The notes beneath the pieces are model-generated. The model was given only the letters and a program-made list of their open reading frames with translations. It was not told the origin of the DNA and searched no databases. A DNA stretch of 64,000 bases from an uncultured cyanobacterium (GTDB lineage: Bacteria; Cyanobacteriota; Cyanobacteriia; Leptolyngbyales; Leptolyngbyaceae). Every line of letters begins with the position of its first letter. The stretch's first letter is position 1. The position numbers were made by a program, and so were the translations under genes. Location: NCBI GenBank assembly GCA_963766075.1, contig CAVYAN010000075.1, positions 1-64,000 of the forward strand, written 5' to 3'. Below, one piece after another: positions 42,251 through 52,367 of the stretch.

Positions 42251-43303
42251 CTATGCCCCGCCGGGGTCCAGGTGTCCAGAGGCTTGATCGGCCCTGTTCC
42301 CAGCGTCCTCATCGGCGATCGCCACCACTGTACCCGTTAACGCCGATCGCCGTGCAGCATCGGCCACTTTGAGGGTGTACACACTGGCAGCCGGAGCGAG
42401 ATAAAGCGGCGTGCCCAGGGTCAGGTGATCCACCACCATGGCAGTATCTTTGGCAAATAAGCCCCGCCGTCCACTGACGGGAATCGGGGCACTGCCGTGG
42501 TCCTGGAACAGGGTGCCTTGCTCGCCCTCAAATAACAGCGCGCCTTGATCGCCTTGGACTTCCAAGAGTCGGTGCGATCGCCAAAATCGGTCCCCTTTGC
42601 CATAGACAACCTCTGCCAGGACACCCCTGTGAAACCGGAGTTGGGCCGTACAGAGACACGCTTGATAGTAGGGGCTATCCGGCGCAGCATGGACCTGGGT
42701 TTGGCAACTGACCGTAGCCACGGGACCAAATAAATCGATGAAGCGGTGGAGGCGCGACAAAGCTCCCATTAAAGGGAAACCAAACAACTCGGGATGATAG
42801 GTCCATTTTTGCGGTGCGGGATGTTCGGCTTTGATCGTGGTATAGCGGGCATAAAACGTGGATCCGACCTCAGCCAGGTGAGCTTTGAGAGCTTGATGCA
42901 CCCCGCCGAGTAGTTCAATATGCTCCACATGCAGCAGGCGTTGTTGTGCCTGGGCGAGGGCGATGAGTGCATCTGCTGTGGTGACATCGAGGCACAGGGG
43001 ATATTCCACGACGACATGCTTACCTGCGGTAAGGGCAGCTTGGGCGATCGCCCCATGATCCCGATTTATCCCCGCAATGATAACCATATCCAGATCAAAT
43101 GAGTCCAATAGTGTGGACCAATCGGGGCTATTGGCTGCCCCATAGGTTTGGCAAAAGGCTGCGGTTTTGGCTGGGGAATGGCCTGCAATGGCAACTAATT
43201 GAGTCCGGGGATCGGCCAGCAAGGATTCTGCCCTCAGTTTCGCAGCATAGCCTGTTCCGACTAGACCAACACGGAGGGGCAAGGAAGAATGGGCGATTGG
43301 CAT
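42251..43303 (-). CDS. bvdR: Biliverdin reductase (Gfo/Idh/MocA family)
   Basis: VGLVGTGYAAKLRA, VVEYP, HVEHIELLGG, GALSRLHR. Confidence 0.8.
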   Translation of the reverse strand: MPIAHSSLPLRVGLVGTGYAAKLRAESLLADPRTQLVAIAGHSPAKTAAFCQTYGAANSPDWSTLLDSFDLDMVIIAGINRDHGAIAQAALTAGKHVVVEYPLCLDVTTADALIALAQAQQRLLHVEHIELLGGVHQALKAHLAEVGSTFYARYTTIKAEHPAPQKWTYHPELFGFPLMGALSRLHRFIDLFGPVATVSCQTQVHAAPDSPYYQACLCTAQLRFHRGVLAEVVYGKGDRFWRSHRLLEVQGDQGALLFEGEQGTLFQDHGSAPIPVSGRRGLFAKDTAMVVDHLTLGTPLYLAPAASVYTLKVADAARRSALTGTVVAIADEDAGNRADQASGHLDPGGA

Positions 43304-43623
43304 TGGGAATCTCGGGGCAAGGGAATGGAAATCTAAGTTCTGGGCAAGGGGTGGAAAATCCTATCAAAGCCTTGTAGGGAGATAATTCTACTGTCTTCTG
43401 CGTGGGCGATCGCTCCTCGTCCCATAAGATAAGTAGATTAAATCGCCTGCTTTTATTACGAATCCCATTCATCCCCGGGGATGATCCGCGATGCTAATTC
43501 GGCGTTTTTCTGTAGTATCAGAGTTGGGGTTGGTTTTGGGAGACATTCGTCCTATAGAAAGTCCTTCTTGAACCCATCTTTTTTGCGCTAAGGCTGTTTC
43601 CATTTAATTGAGAGGACCACTGC

Positions 43624-43923
43624 ATGGCAACTTTTAAGGTCACGTTGATCAACGAGGCAGAAGGATTAAACACCACTATCGACGTACCCGACGATGAGTA
43701 CATTCTGGATGCCGCTGAAGAACAAGGCATTGACCTACCCTACTCCTGTCGCGCCGGTGCTTGCTCCACCTGTGCTGGCAAGATCAAGGAAGGTAAGGTT
43801 GACCAGTCTGACCAGTCTTTCTTGGATGATGATCAAATTGAAGCGGGCTACGTGCTGACTTGTGTAGCTTATCCCGCCTCGGACTGCACCATCATCACCC
43901 ACCAAGAAGAAGAACTCTACTAA
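43624..43923 (+). CDS. petF: Plant-type [2Fe-2S] ferredoxin I
   Basis: [13 protein letters not shown]...LTCVAYP, ends EEELY. Confidence 0.97.
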   Translation: MATFKVTLINEAEGLNTTIDVPDDEYILDAAEEQGIDLPYSCRAGACSTCAGKIKEGKVDQSDQSFLDDDQIEAGYVLTCVAYPASDCTIITHQEEELY

Positions 43924-43954
43924 GCCTTGAGCTACCCAGTCTCCTGGTGCTGGG

Positions 43955-43990
43955 CCTCCGACTTCTCTACAGAAGTTGGAGGTCTTTGCT
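43955..43990 (+). terminator. Intrinsic terminator after petF
   Basis: Stem CCTCCGACTTCT/AGAAGTTGGAGG followed by T-rich tail. Confidence 0.65.
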
Positions 43991-44070
43991 TTAAGCCTAA
44001 TTGGTTCTAGCTTTTTTCCTTGCGGATCAAGGCACTGGCAGTTAAAGGCATTGGCGATGCCGATTTTGCT

Positions 44071-45786
44071 CTAGGGACCATTCACTTGCTGGGGATCACG
44101 CCAGAATACAAGATCGTTATGAAGGCGCTGGATCTGGGTGCCGGGGTAGTAAAAGCTCAGAATTTTGTCACTGGACCACCCCATTTGTCCCAGCTTGTAG
44201 GATCCGACTTGGCTAAGGCCGACCCCATGCCCCAAGCCGCCGCCGGTAAATGTAAACCCTTTCAGCCTTTTTTGGTTGTCCAAAGCCGGATCGATGTAAA
44301 ACAGGGTGCTATTAGGCGCTTCAAAGGCAACCAACAGCATATCTTTTTCCAGATCGATCGCCCCTTGGTCCGTTGTGACCCGCAGTTTTAACACTCGTCC
44401 CGACAGCGATCGCTCCACCACCTGAACCTTTTGAATCGTTTTGAAATTTGCCAGGGGACTTTTCTTTTGCTTCAAGTAATCCTGGAGCTCGTGGGTCATG
44501 TCCGCTAAGGAACTGCTCACCCGCCAGCGAAACCAGCTCGTCCCCTCTTCGTTAAAGCCCTTGCGGAGAGCGATAAAGCGGCGAAAGTTCTGTTCGTCGT
44601 TGAGGGGCTGTTGGCCAGTGTTCCACAGGCTATAGACCGAATCGATCACGGGGCGAAGGTAAGGGCGCTCGGCACCATGCCAAGCATCGGTAAAGGCCGC
44701 CGTCACGCCGCCCGTGGTAGAGGAATACACGGCATCCACCAGCTCATTGCCATAGGTAAGGACTTGTCCGGCGGTAGCGGCGATCGCCCGGTCAGTGGCA
44801 GTTGCCGTCCCATTAAGCCCAAAATAGACTTGACACTGGGTATCGGCACAGAGCTGATAATCATCAATAGCAAAGCGCCGCAGATTACGCAGGGCATAGG
44901 TCCGGGCCAAAATCGCCTGTACTTCCAGAACGGCAGGATCCGCCTGAGTGCCAATTTCGTGGGGCACAACCCCACGCAGGTAGGTTTCCAAAGGCACCTG
45001 ATTTACCAGCGTATAGGTGCCATAGGCATTGGGTTGTAGCCGCAAACTGCCCGCAAAGAGTTGCCGTTCGAGATCCGGACTGGCGATCACTTGGATGACC
45101 CCGGTGCTCGAGGCAATCTCCATACGACTGCGGGTATAGCGGTTGCCGTTCACCACCAGGGAGGCTTTTGGCTCCTGGGTAATGACCTTGGCGTCAATGT
45201 AGGGCTGCTGATAGCCCTTGGCCCGCAGGCTATCTAGCAGCAAGCGCCGCAGCAACGGAGTGGGATAGGTTTCGCGCTTGGCCCAGACCTGCCAGCGCTT
45301 GGGCTGGGCTAGCTCGACAGCGATGCCCTGAGCTTTCCACGTATTGGCATCGGCTTCAGCACTCTCAAAACTGCGGTGATTGCTCAGGACAACCCGTTCC
45401 TCCACGCGGGCAACGGGTAGCGGTTGCATGACAATATCCAGCTTGGCGGCAGGGGCGGTAAGGGTTTGGGTTTTACCATCAGCATTCGGCACGCGCAGCG
45501 TCAAGCGATCGCCCACTGGAGCCTGCAAGCTAATCGTATCTTTGGCCGCACCAAAGCGTTGAACAATACCGATTTGCAGCGTTACATCCTGGGCAGCGGT
45601 AGCCTGCACAGGAGTCAAACCGCTGAGGGCGATCGCCGCCGCACCGAACAGCCAACGCCCAAGCTGCTGGAAAGACGCAAAGGGAAACGTACCTACTATT
45701 GGCAGCGGACCAGCCGTCATCTGAAGCGGACCCATAGTCAAAACTCTCACGATATTTTTCCTAAGGCGATCGCCTTTCATCATCAT
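44071..45786 (-). CDS. SpoIID/LytB domain protein
   Basis: LETYLRGVVPHE, QAILARTYA, CQVYFG, GHGVGLSQ, ILSFYYPG; start uncertain. Confidence 0.88.
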   Translation of the reverse strand: MMMKGDRLRKNIVRVLTMGPLQMTAGPLPIVGTFPFASFQQLGRWLFGAAAIALSGLTPVQATAAQDVTLQIGIVQRFGAAKDTISLQAPVGDRLTLRVPNADGKTQTLTAPAAKLDIVMQPLPVARVEERVVLSNHRSFESAEADANTWKAQGIAVELAQPKRWQVWAKRETYPTPLLRRLLLDSLRAKGYQQPYIDAKVITQEPKASLVVNGNRYTRSRMEIASSTGVIQVIASPDLERQLFAGSLRLQPNAYGTYTLVNQVPLETYLRGVVPHEIGTQADPAVLEVQAILARTYALRNLRRFAIDDYQLCADTQCQVYFGLNGTATATDRAIAATAGQVLTYGNELVDAVYSSTTGGVTAAFTDAWHGAERPYLRPVIDSVYSLWNTGQQPLNDEQNFRRFIALRKGFNEEGTSWFRWRVSSSLADMTHELQDYLKQKKSPLANFKTIQKVQVVERSLSGRVLKLRVTTDQGAIDLEKDMLLVAFEAPNSTLFYIDPALDNQKRLKGFTFTGGGLGHGVGLSQVGSYKLGQMGWSSDKILSFYYPGTQIQRLHNDLVFWRDPQQVNGP

Positions 45787-46073
45787 TTATATCTTTACAA
45801 GAAATAATAATTCCCACCCAGACTCCTAGACCCATGCTCCAAGATTGACCCATGCCCTAAGATTGACCCATGCCCCAAGATTGATTAAACCCCGAACCCT
45901 TTATAGCCGCAATAAAACCACCCCCTGCTTTTGCTGGCCTCCTGCTCCTACTCTCCTGGTTCTGACCTCCTGGGATGATTTTTTGTTTGTAAGTCCCTAA
46001 AACTAAAAATCGAGTTGCAAAACGTAGTCATAACGAGTATGATTTAAGGGTAAACGCACCGGAGGTCAGCATC

Positions 46074-46337
46074 ATGGTTCGGGTTGAAGCCGTCCCGCTC
46101 GATCGGATCCGTCGCCCATTTTATCGCCAGAATGATCCAGCCAAGGTAGCTGCCCTAATGGAGTCCATTGGCGATATTGGCCAGCAAGAACCGATTGACG
46201 TTCTAGAAGTCGAAGGGCAATATTACGGATTTTCGGGCTGTCATCGCTTTGAAGCCTGCACGCGGTTGGGTCAGGAAACGATTCTGTGTCGCGTCCGGCG
46301 AGCCCCGCGATCGGTTCTACAAAAACATTTGGCGTAA
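46074..46337 (+). CDS. srxA: Sulfiredoxin
   Basis: PIDVL..YYGFSGCHR. Confidence 0.9.
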   Translation: MVRVEAVPLDRIRRPFYRQNDPAKVAALMESIGDIGQQEPIDVLEVEGQYYGFSGCHRFEACTRLGQETILCRVRRAPRSVLQKHLA

Positions 46338-46524
46338 TTCTGGGCGTAATTCCACCACAATGGGAGAGTAGAAGCAGTTCTGGAAACGTTCTCTCTACCG
46401 TGGCAGTTTACGTGGTTTATATGGCTTACACAGTTCATAGGAACTCACCTGAACTGGCCGGTTTGCATTGGCCCGTTTGCGCTGGCCTCTTGATATTTTG
46501 TGCGTGTCAATCTAGGAGAAACAT

Positions 46525-47010
46525 ATGGCAACTCAAACGGCAATGCCGATCAACACCGGCATTGATGAGCAATCTCGCAAGGAAATCGCTGAAGGACTGT
46601 CACGCCTGCTAGCCGATACCTATTCTCTATACCTCAAAACCCATTACTTCCATTGGAATGTCACGGGTCCCATGTTCAGCACCCTGCATTTGATGTTTGA
46701 AACCCAATATACGGAACTAGCGCTGGCAGTAGATTTGGTCGCTGAGCGGATCCGTGCCCTTGGGTTTCCGGCTCCCGGTAGCTATGCCGACTATGCCCGC
46801 CTCACCTCCATCCCAGAAACCACCCACGTGCCGCCCGCCAATGAGATGATCAAGCTATTAGTGGAAGGTCAAGAGGCCGTAGTCCGTACCGCCCGGTCAA
46901 TTTTTCCAGCGGCAGACAATGCCCACGACGAACCAACGGCAGATTTGCTAACCCAGCGGATGCAAATCCATGAGAAAACCGCCTGGATGTTACGGAGTTT
47001 GTTGGAGTAG
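46525..47010 (+). CDS. dps: Dps family ferritin-like protein
   Basis: [34 protein letters not shown]. Confidence 0.95.
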   Translation: MATQTAMPINTGIDEQSRKEIAEGLSRLLADTYSLYLKTHYFHWNVTGPMFSTLHLMFETQYTELALAVDLVAERIRALGFPAPGSYADYARLTSIPETTHVPPANEMIKLLVEGQEAVVRTARSIFPAADNAHDEPTADLLTQRMQIHEKTAWMLRSLLE

Positions 47011-47041
47011 ATTTGTTGGAGTAGAACAGAGGTGGTAGGTT

Positions 47042-47090
47042 CTAGGGGATGGGGATCAACATTTTGGTTCCTGTCCCTTAGTTTTTATAT
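47042..47090 (+). terminator. Intrinsic terminator after dps
   Basis: CTAGGGGA...TCCCCTAG followed by TTTTT. Confidence 0.55.
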
Positions 47091-47114
47091 TCGTTTTTAT
47101 ATTCGTTAGACTTT

Positions 47115-47798
47115 ATGGTTGTAGAGGCTGGACCAGACTTGACACGGGAGTTGCGATCGCACATGCAGCGCGTGGGCATCACCAGCTTTAAAGCCCTGAG
47201 TCAGCAAGCAGCGGTTTCAGCGCACCAAATTCGGCTGCTGCGGCAGGGCGCAATTTCCCAAGTCCGCCTAGAAACACTATTCAACCTCAGCACTGCCCTC
47301 CAAATAGAAGTTGGGGCACTGTTAGCCCTCTGCGGCCATCCACCGTCGGCCCCCGATTTGGCAACCTCCACGCCCCCGGCAGTTCTCCCCCAGTCCTCCC
47401 AGGCCACTCTCCAACAGGAATACGATCGCCTGCAAAGCCAACTGCACCAGCAGCGCAGCGAACTACAGCAGGAATTTCAACACTCGAGTTTGCACATTTT
47501 GGAATCCTTGATTCTGCAATTGCCGACAGCAATCTACGCGGCGGAACACAATCCCCAATGGCCCGCAGCCAAACTGTTGCCATTACTGAGGCCCATCGAG
47601 CGATTGCTGGAGCATTGGGGGGTTAAAGCCCTGGCCCCGGTAGGTGCGATCGTCCCCTACGATCCGCGCTACCATCAATTGCTCGATGGCACCGCCCAAC
47701 CAAACGATACCGTCAAAGTCCGTTACACCGGCTACCAGCAAGGGGAAATCCTGCTTTATCGCGCCAAAGTCAGCCCCGTAACGAATCCTACGGCATAA
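47115..47798 (+). CDS. XRE-type HTH protein with C-terminal GrpE-like domain
   Basis: N-terminal HTH, coiled coil, VPYDPRYHQ...VRYTGY...LYRAKV. Confidence 0.7.
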   Translation: MVVEAGPDLTRELRSHMQRVGITSFKALSQQAAVSAHQIRLLRQGAISQVRLETLFNLSTALQIEVGALLALCGHPPSAPDLATSTPPAVLPQSSQATLQQEYDRLQSQLHQQRSELQQEFQHSSLHILESLILQLPTAIYAAEHNPQWPAAKLLPLLRPIERLLEHWGVKALAPVGAIVPYDPRYHQLLDGTAQPNDTVKVRYTGYQQGEILLYRAKVSPVTNPTA

Positions 47799-47826
47799 TA
47801 AATCTATCTCCAGTGCATAACGGAGT

Positions 47827-47867
47827 AAACCAGCCCCAGCTTTCCACGGTTCCGGGCTGGTTTTTTA
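47827..47867 (+). terminator. Intrinsic terminator
   Basis: AAACCAGCCC...GGGCTGGTTT followed by T run. Confidence 0.6.
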
Positions 47868-47910
47868 ATATGACCAATGCAGCAAGGCTGAATTAAAAAT
47901 GTAAAGGTAA

Positions 47911-47962
47911 AACGACTCAGCAATAGACCCACGATGCCTGGTGGGTCTATTGCTGAGTCGTT
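47911..47962. repeat. Perfect 22-bp inverted repeat with 8-nt loop
   Basis: AACGACTCAGCAATAGACCCAC-N8-GTGGGTCTATTGCTGAGTCGTT. Confidence 0.92.
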
Positions 47963-47988
47963 ACAACCTAAAATCTAAAACCCAAAAT

Positions 47989-48381
47989 CTAAAATCGAAC
48001 GTGTTGCTTCACCACATCCAATTTTGAACAATGCCAATGGTCAACGTGAGAGGCGATTAATCCAGTGTCATTGAGGGTCAGTTCACTGCAACCGCTAATG
48101 GCGATCGCGGGTTTCCAGGGTAACGGGGTTCTCCAACGCAGCGTCCATTCCGAACGAATTGTATTGCCGTCTTGATGGAGTCCGTGTACTTCCATCCGGC
48201 AGTCGAGAAACCAAGTCTGGATTAAAGCGATCATTTGCTGGTAACGGGCAATGCCGCGAAACTCTGTCATCGGATCCTTGAAATAGACTTCCTTCGCATA
48301 AATGCTGTAGGTTTGGTCCTTGGGGAAGCGATCGTAGTCAGCCCGGAGAATAGTCAGAATGTCGCTTGAATTACCAGCCAT
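47989..48381 (-). CDS. DUF2358 (NTF2-like) protein
   Basis: ILRADYDRFP.DQTYSIYA..VYFKDP, TPLPWKP, SHVDHW. Confidence 0.8.
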   Translation of the reverse strand: MAGNSSDILTILRADYDRFPKDQTYSIYAKEVYFKDPMTEFRGIARYQQMIALIQTWFLDCRMEVHGLHQDGNTIRSEWTLRWRTPLPWKPAIAISGCSELTLNDTGLIASHVDHWHCSKLDVVKQHVRF

Positions 48382-48693
48382 CGCGATCGCCATCTTGCCA
48401 GATTTCTAGATCTAATTCGTCTAAATAACTCAGGGCATTGGCGATGCGATCATCCCCCCCTTCAGCTCCAGATCAAACCAACCATCCCCAGTAGCATTGC
48501 TGCCCAAAATAGCCGCTGTGATGTTTACCGTTAGGCCATAGTGCGACACCAGCTTAGAAATCACGGGTTCTTGATGCAGCGTTTTAGGAATTCTGATCCG
48601 AATGCGTTTCTCAGTCCTACGCCGATCTTCGGCATTCAATGTTGCCGGGTCGAATTCAGTTAATTCAGTCAATTCAGTCAATTCAGTCGTCAT
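48371..48693 (-). CDS. Stand-alone NIL-domain protein (frameshift in a G7 run ~48455)
   Basis: EPVISKLVSHYGLTVNITAAIL..GWFDLEL; continues ...DDRIANALSYLDELDLEIW...GW* in the alternative frame. Confidence 0.8.
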
Positions 48694-48695
48694 GG

Positions 48696-49565
48696 CTATT
48701 CCACCTCCTTAATTCGCGTTTTGCGCTCTAGAATTTCTTTCAGCACCAACGTCACCACTGCCAACAACGCCAAGAGAACTGCCGCTGAATAAGCCGCCTC
48801 CGTTTCGTATTGCTTGTAGGCATCTTCCACATAAAGCGGCAAACTCTGGGTTTTGCGGGCAATATTGCCCGACACCACCGATACCGCGCCAAATTCGCCC
48901 ATTGCTCTCGCATTGGTCAAAATTAACCCATAAAGCAAACCCCAGCGAATATTAGGCAAGGTAACACGCCAAAAGGTCTGCCATTCACTAGCGCCTAGAG
49001 TTTGAGCCGCTTCTTCCTGGTCTCCCCCCGCTTCCTCTAATACTGGAATAACTTCCCGAGCAACAAAGGGCATGCTAACGAACAGGGTGGCCAACAACAT
49101 CCCCGGAAAGGCGAAAACCACCTTGAAGTTGGCGGCAGCCAAAGCAGGACCAAACCAGCCCTGCCGTCCATAGAGCAGCACGATCATTAACCCAGCAACC
49201 ACCGGAGAAATGGAGAACGGCAAATCAATAATGCTGAGCAGTAAGCTACGACCGGGAAATTTATGGCGGGCGATCGCCCACGCCGCACACAGGCCAAACA
49301 CCGCATTAATCGGGACAACAATCACCGCAATCAGCACCGTCAACCCCGCCGCGCTCAGAAAATCAGGCCGAATCAGGTTGGCAAAAAACGGTCCCATCCC
49401 TTTTTTAAAGGCTTGAATAAATACATTTAACGCAGGCACATAGAGCACCAGGGCCAGATAGGCGATCGTCACCCCAATCAACACCGCCGGTACCCAATTT
49501 TTGGATGCAGCCTGCGATCGCGGCTGGGGAGCAGGGTCAAAACTAGAATCAATATCAAGGGTCAT
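48696..49565 (-). CDS. cysW: Sulfate ABC transporter permease CysW
   Basis: DLPFSISPVVAG, PFVAREVIPVL, ARAMGEFGAV. Confidence 0.93.
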   Translation of the reverse strand: MTLDIDSSFDPAPQPRSQAASKNWVPAVLIGVTIAYLALVLYVPALNVFIQAFKKGMGPFFANLIRPDFLSAAGLTVLIAVIVVPINAVFGLCAAWAIARHKFPGRSLLLSIIDLPFSISPVVAGLMIVLLYGRQGWFGPALAAANFKVVFAFPGMLLATLFVSMPFVAREVIPVLEEAGGDQEEAAQTLGASEWQTFWRVTLPNIRWGLLYGLILTNARAMGEFGAVSVVSGNIARKTQSLPLYVEDAYKQYETEAAYSAAVLLALLAVVTLVLKEILERKTRIKEVE

Positions 49566-49731
49566 GATCGGCTCACTTTCTCCATTTGACAGCAACAGTA
49601 TCGGGTTGAATTTTGGATTCTAGAACTTAGCTTCTCGTAGCCCAGACACGCCGCACCCCCAAAATCCATCCCTCAGAGTCATTTTTAATTTTGCATTTTT
49701 AATTTTGCATTTTTAATTTTGCAGCCTCACC

Positions 49732-50598
49732 CTAGCTATACCGCCGCCCCCAAGCCTGAAGCAGATTAATCGCTAACAAAGACACGAGTGAAATCAGGAG
49801 CAACACAACACCAATCACCGTAGCTCCGGAATAGTCATACTGTTCCAATCGCTGAAAAATTAAAACTGGAGCAATTAAATCCTTAAACGGAGTATTGGAT
49901 GCCACAATCACCGTAGACCCATACTCGCCAACCGCCCGGGAGAATCCCAGCGCCACTCCCGTTAAGACAGCGGGGAACAACGGTGGTAAAATCACTTTCC
50001 AAAAGGTGACCCACTGCGAAGCCCCCAAACACCAAGCCGCTTCTTCCACATCTTTTTCCAATTCTTGCAAAACGGGTTGCACGGTTCGCACCACAAATGG
50101 CAACGAAATAAAAATCATAGCCACACCCACACCCAGCCGAGAAAAGGCAATCTTAATGCCATAGGGTGCAAAGAGGGAGCCAATCCAGCCATTATCGCTG
50201 TAAACCGTTGCCAGCGTTAGCCCTGCAACGGAGGTCGGCAGCGCAAAGGGTAAATCCACAGACGCCTCGATGATCCGTTTTCCGGGAAAATGGTAGCGCA
50301 CTAGCACCCAAGCAATCAAGGTGCCAAATAGTCCGTTGAGGAGTGCAGCCACCAGGGCAGTCGTAAAGGTGACATCATAGGCAGAAAGGGCGATCGGGCT
50401 AGTTGCAATCCGCCAAAAGTCAGCAGGCTTTTCGGTACTGGCCTTGAGAAACATAGCACTCACAGGCAAGAGCAACATCACCGAGAGGTAGATAATGGTC
50501 ACACGCCATGCCCAAGACAGTTGGGTGATGGTTTGCCAACCCCTTTGCCAAAAGGGTTTCGGTGGAACTGAGGGCGGGGCTGAGGAAGAAGTTGCCAT
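49732..50598 (-). CDS. cysT: Sulfate ABC transporter permease CysT
   Basis: [31 protein letters not shown]. Confidence 0.93.
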   Translation of the reverse strand: MATSSSAPPSVPPKPFWQRGWQTITQLSWAWRVTIIYLSVMLLLPVSAMFLKASTEKPADFWRIATSPIALSAYDVTFTTALVAALLNGLFGTLIAWVLVRYHFPGKRIIEASVDLPFALPTSVAGLTLATVYSDNGWIGSLFAPYGIKIAFSRLGVGVAMIFISLPFVVRTVQPVLQELEKDVEEAAWCLGASQWVTFWKVILPPLFPAVLTGVALGFSRAVGEYGSTVIVASNTPFKDLIAPVLIFQRLEQYDYSGATVIGVVLLLISLVSLLAINLLQAWGRRYS

Positions 50599-50945
50599 AG
50601 GAGATGAGGCCGTGAGAACCAATAGAAAACTAGCGTAGCGCAAGATGCCATCAATGCTGAAAAGTCAATGCTGAACAAAGGCTGAACCAAAGGAGGTTGA
50701 ACAAGAGAGCTGAACCAGGAGGTTGAAAAATCGGGATGTATGAGGCCAAAGGAGGCTTGATCTAATACATCCCTCTGACGAAACCAGCCATGGGCGTGGC
50801 TCCAGGAGGCTTCACTCAAAGCTGGCAAGCAGTAAAGCCTGCTTAACTAGCCTGCTTAACTAGGATTCCCCGGCTCTGCCTCGGAACGCGAGGTGGCCCC
50901 TAATTTTGTCCCGCTGAATGTTGTTCTGAATCTTGTTCTGAGCGC

Positions 50946-52076
50946 CTAGCGCTTAATCGATGCCTGAATCTGGTCAAAGATCGCCCCATCAGCAAAGAAC
51001 TTCTTCTGAACTTCACTCCAGCCGCCGTAGTCTTTGACGGTGCCTAGGCTCTTCACCACAGGATATTGATCAGCCACGGCTTTGGTTTTGGCTACGCTTT
51101 CATCCACAGGCCGGAACCCCACTTTGGCAAATTCAGCCTGCGCCTCTGGGGTGAACAAGTACTGGACAAAGGCTTCCGCGACTTCTCGATTGCCATGCTT
51201 ATCGACATTTTGATCGACGACTGCAATGGGATTGTCAATGGAAATATTAACATCGGGAATCACGAAGGCCGCTTTCTCACCCTTTTGCTGGGCAAGAATG
51301 ATTTCATTTTCGTAATTGATTAGGGCATCGCCCTGACCTTGTTTAATGAACACATCTGTGGCTTCGCGAGCATCCTTAGTCAGGACCGGAACATTCTTGT
51401 AGATTTTTGTAACAAACTCTAGGGCCTTCGCTTCGTCACTTCCGGACTTGACCGCCGCATTCCAGAGTGCGAGGAAGTTCCAGCGGGCAATTCCAGAGGT
51501 TTTGGGATCGGCAGTAATTAACTTGACATCATCTCTAGCCAGATCGGCCCAGGTTTTAATCCCTTTGGGATTGCCTTCACGGGTAATCAACGCCGCGACG
51601 CTTTTGGAAACAATGCCATCATTGGGCGTTTCTTTTTCCCAACCCGGAGCAATTAATCCTGCTTTTTCAATCTTCTGGGTATCTAGGGCCAAGGCCAAGT
51701 GCACAACATCAGCTTCTAAGCCATCGACTACGGCACGGGTCTGAGAACCAGAGCCGCCATAGCTTTGTTTGAAGGTGACAGTTTGGCCCTTTTCTTGCTT
51801 CCACTTTTCCACAAACTTGGGAATGATGGCTTCGTGGGCTGTTTTGGTTACCGCAAAGGAGACTAGGGTAAGCTCCACCTCTTTTGGATTACTGGCCCCT
51901 TGAGTGTTGCCTCCTGGACTGGTTCCCCCGCCTCCGCAGGATGCCAACGCAACACTCAAGGTTGTCCCCACTAAAAATAAACTGATAAAACGTTTTACTG
52001 AATCTAGCCTGAACCGATTCCCGCTCCCTTGAGGGCGTTGATCACCCCGGTTCAGATTGTGTTGCCAAAAGTTCAT
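50946..52076 (-). CDS. sbpA: Sulfate-binding lipoprotein
   Basis: QSYGGSGSQTRAV, DPKTSGIARW, lipobox LASC. Confidence 0.92.
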   Translation of the reverse strand: MNFWQHNLNRGDQRPQGSGNRFRLDSVKRFISLFLVGTTLSVALASCGGGGTSPGGNTQGASNPKEVELTLVSFAVTKTAHEAIIPKFVEKWKQEKGQTVTFKQSYGGSGSQTRAVVDGLEADVVHLALALDTQKIEKAGLIAPGWEKETPNDGIVSKSVAALITREGNPKGIKTWADLARDDVKLITADPKTSGIARWNFLALWNAAVKSGSDEAKALEFVTKIYKNVPVLTKDAREATDVFIKQGQGDALINYENEIILAQQKGEKAAFVIPDVNISIDNPIAVVDQNVDKHGNREVAEAFVQYLFTPEAQAEFAKVGFRPVDESVAKTKAVADQYPVVKSLGTVKDYGGWSEVQKKFFADGAIFDQIQASIKR

Positions 52077-52367
52077 TATCTAGCGCTCCTATTTGAATCC
52101 ACAGTAATCGAATCGGAATACCGTGGTTTTCATCATCCTACCGAGAGGGATTGGAAAATGCAAGCACTAATCCCCCTAAATCTTGACCAACAAACGAGGA
52201 ATTGGTTCAGGGTGTTGCCGTGGAGCGATCGCTCCATCGTGCCAGTTCCCATTAACAGTTCCCAATATTACGGCAGAACTCTCTTTGCAACGCCAGCCCC
52301 AAATGCCTGCCACAGCACAAACATCTGGTCCCAAAACAACTGTAAAATGCAACTGCACCTCCATCCC

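Noticed and set aside
52029..52367. N-terminal extension of the class V PLP enzyme
   Set aside because: Overlaps the sbp start and the divergent promoter region; family similarity begins near 52400
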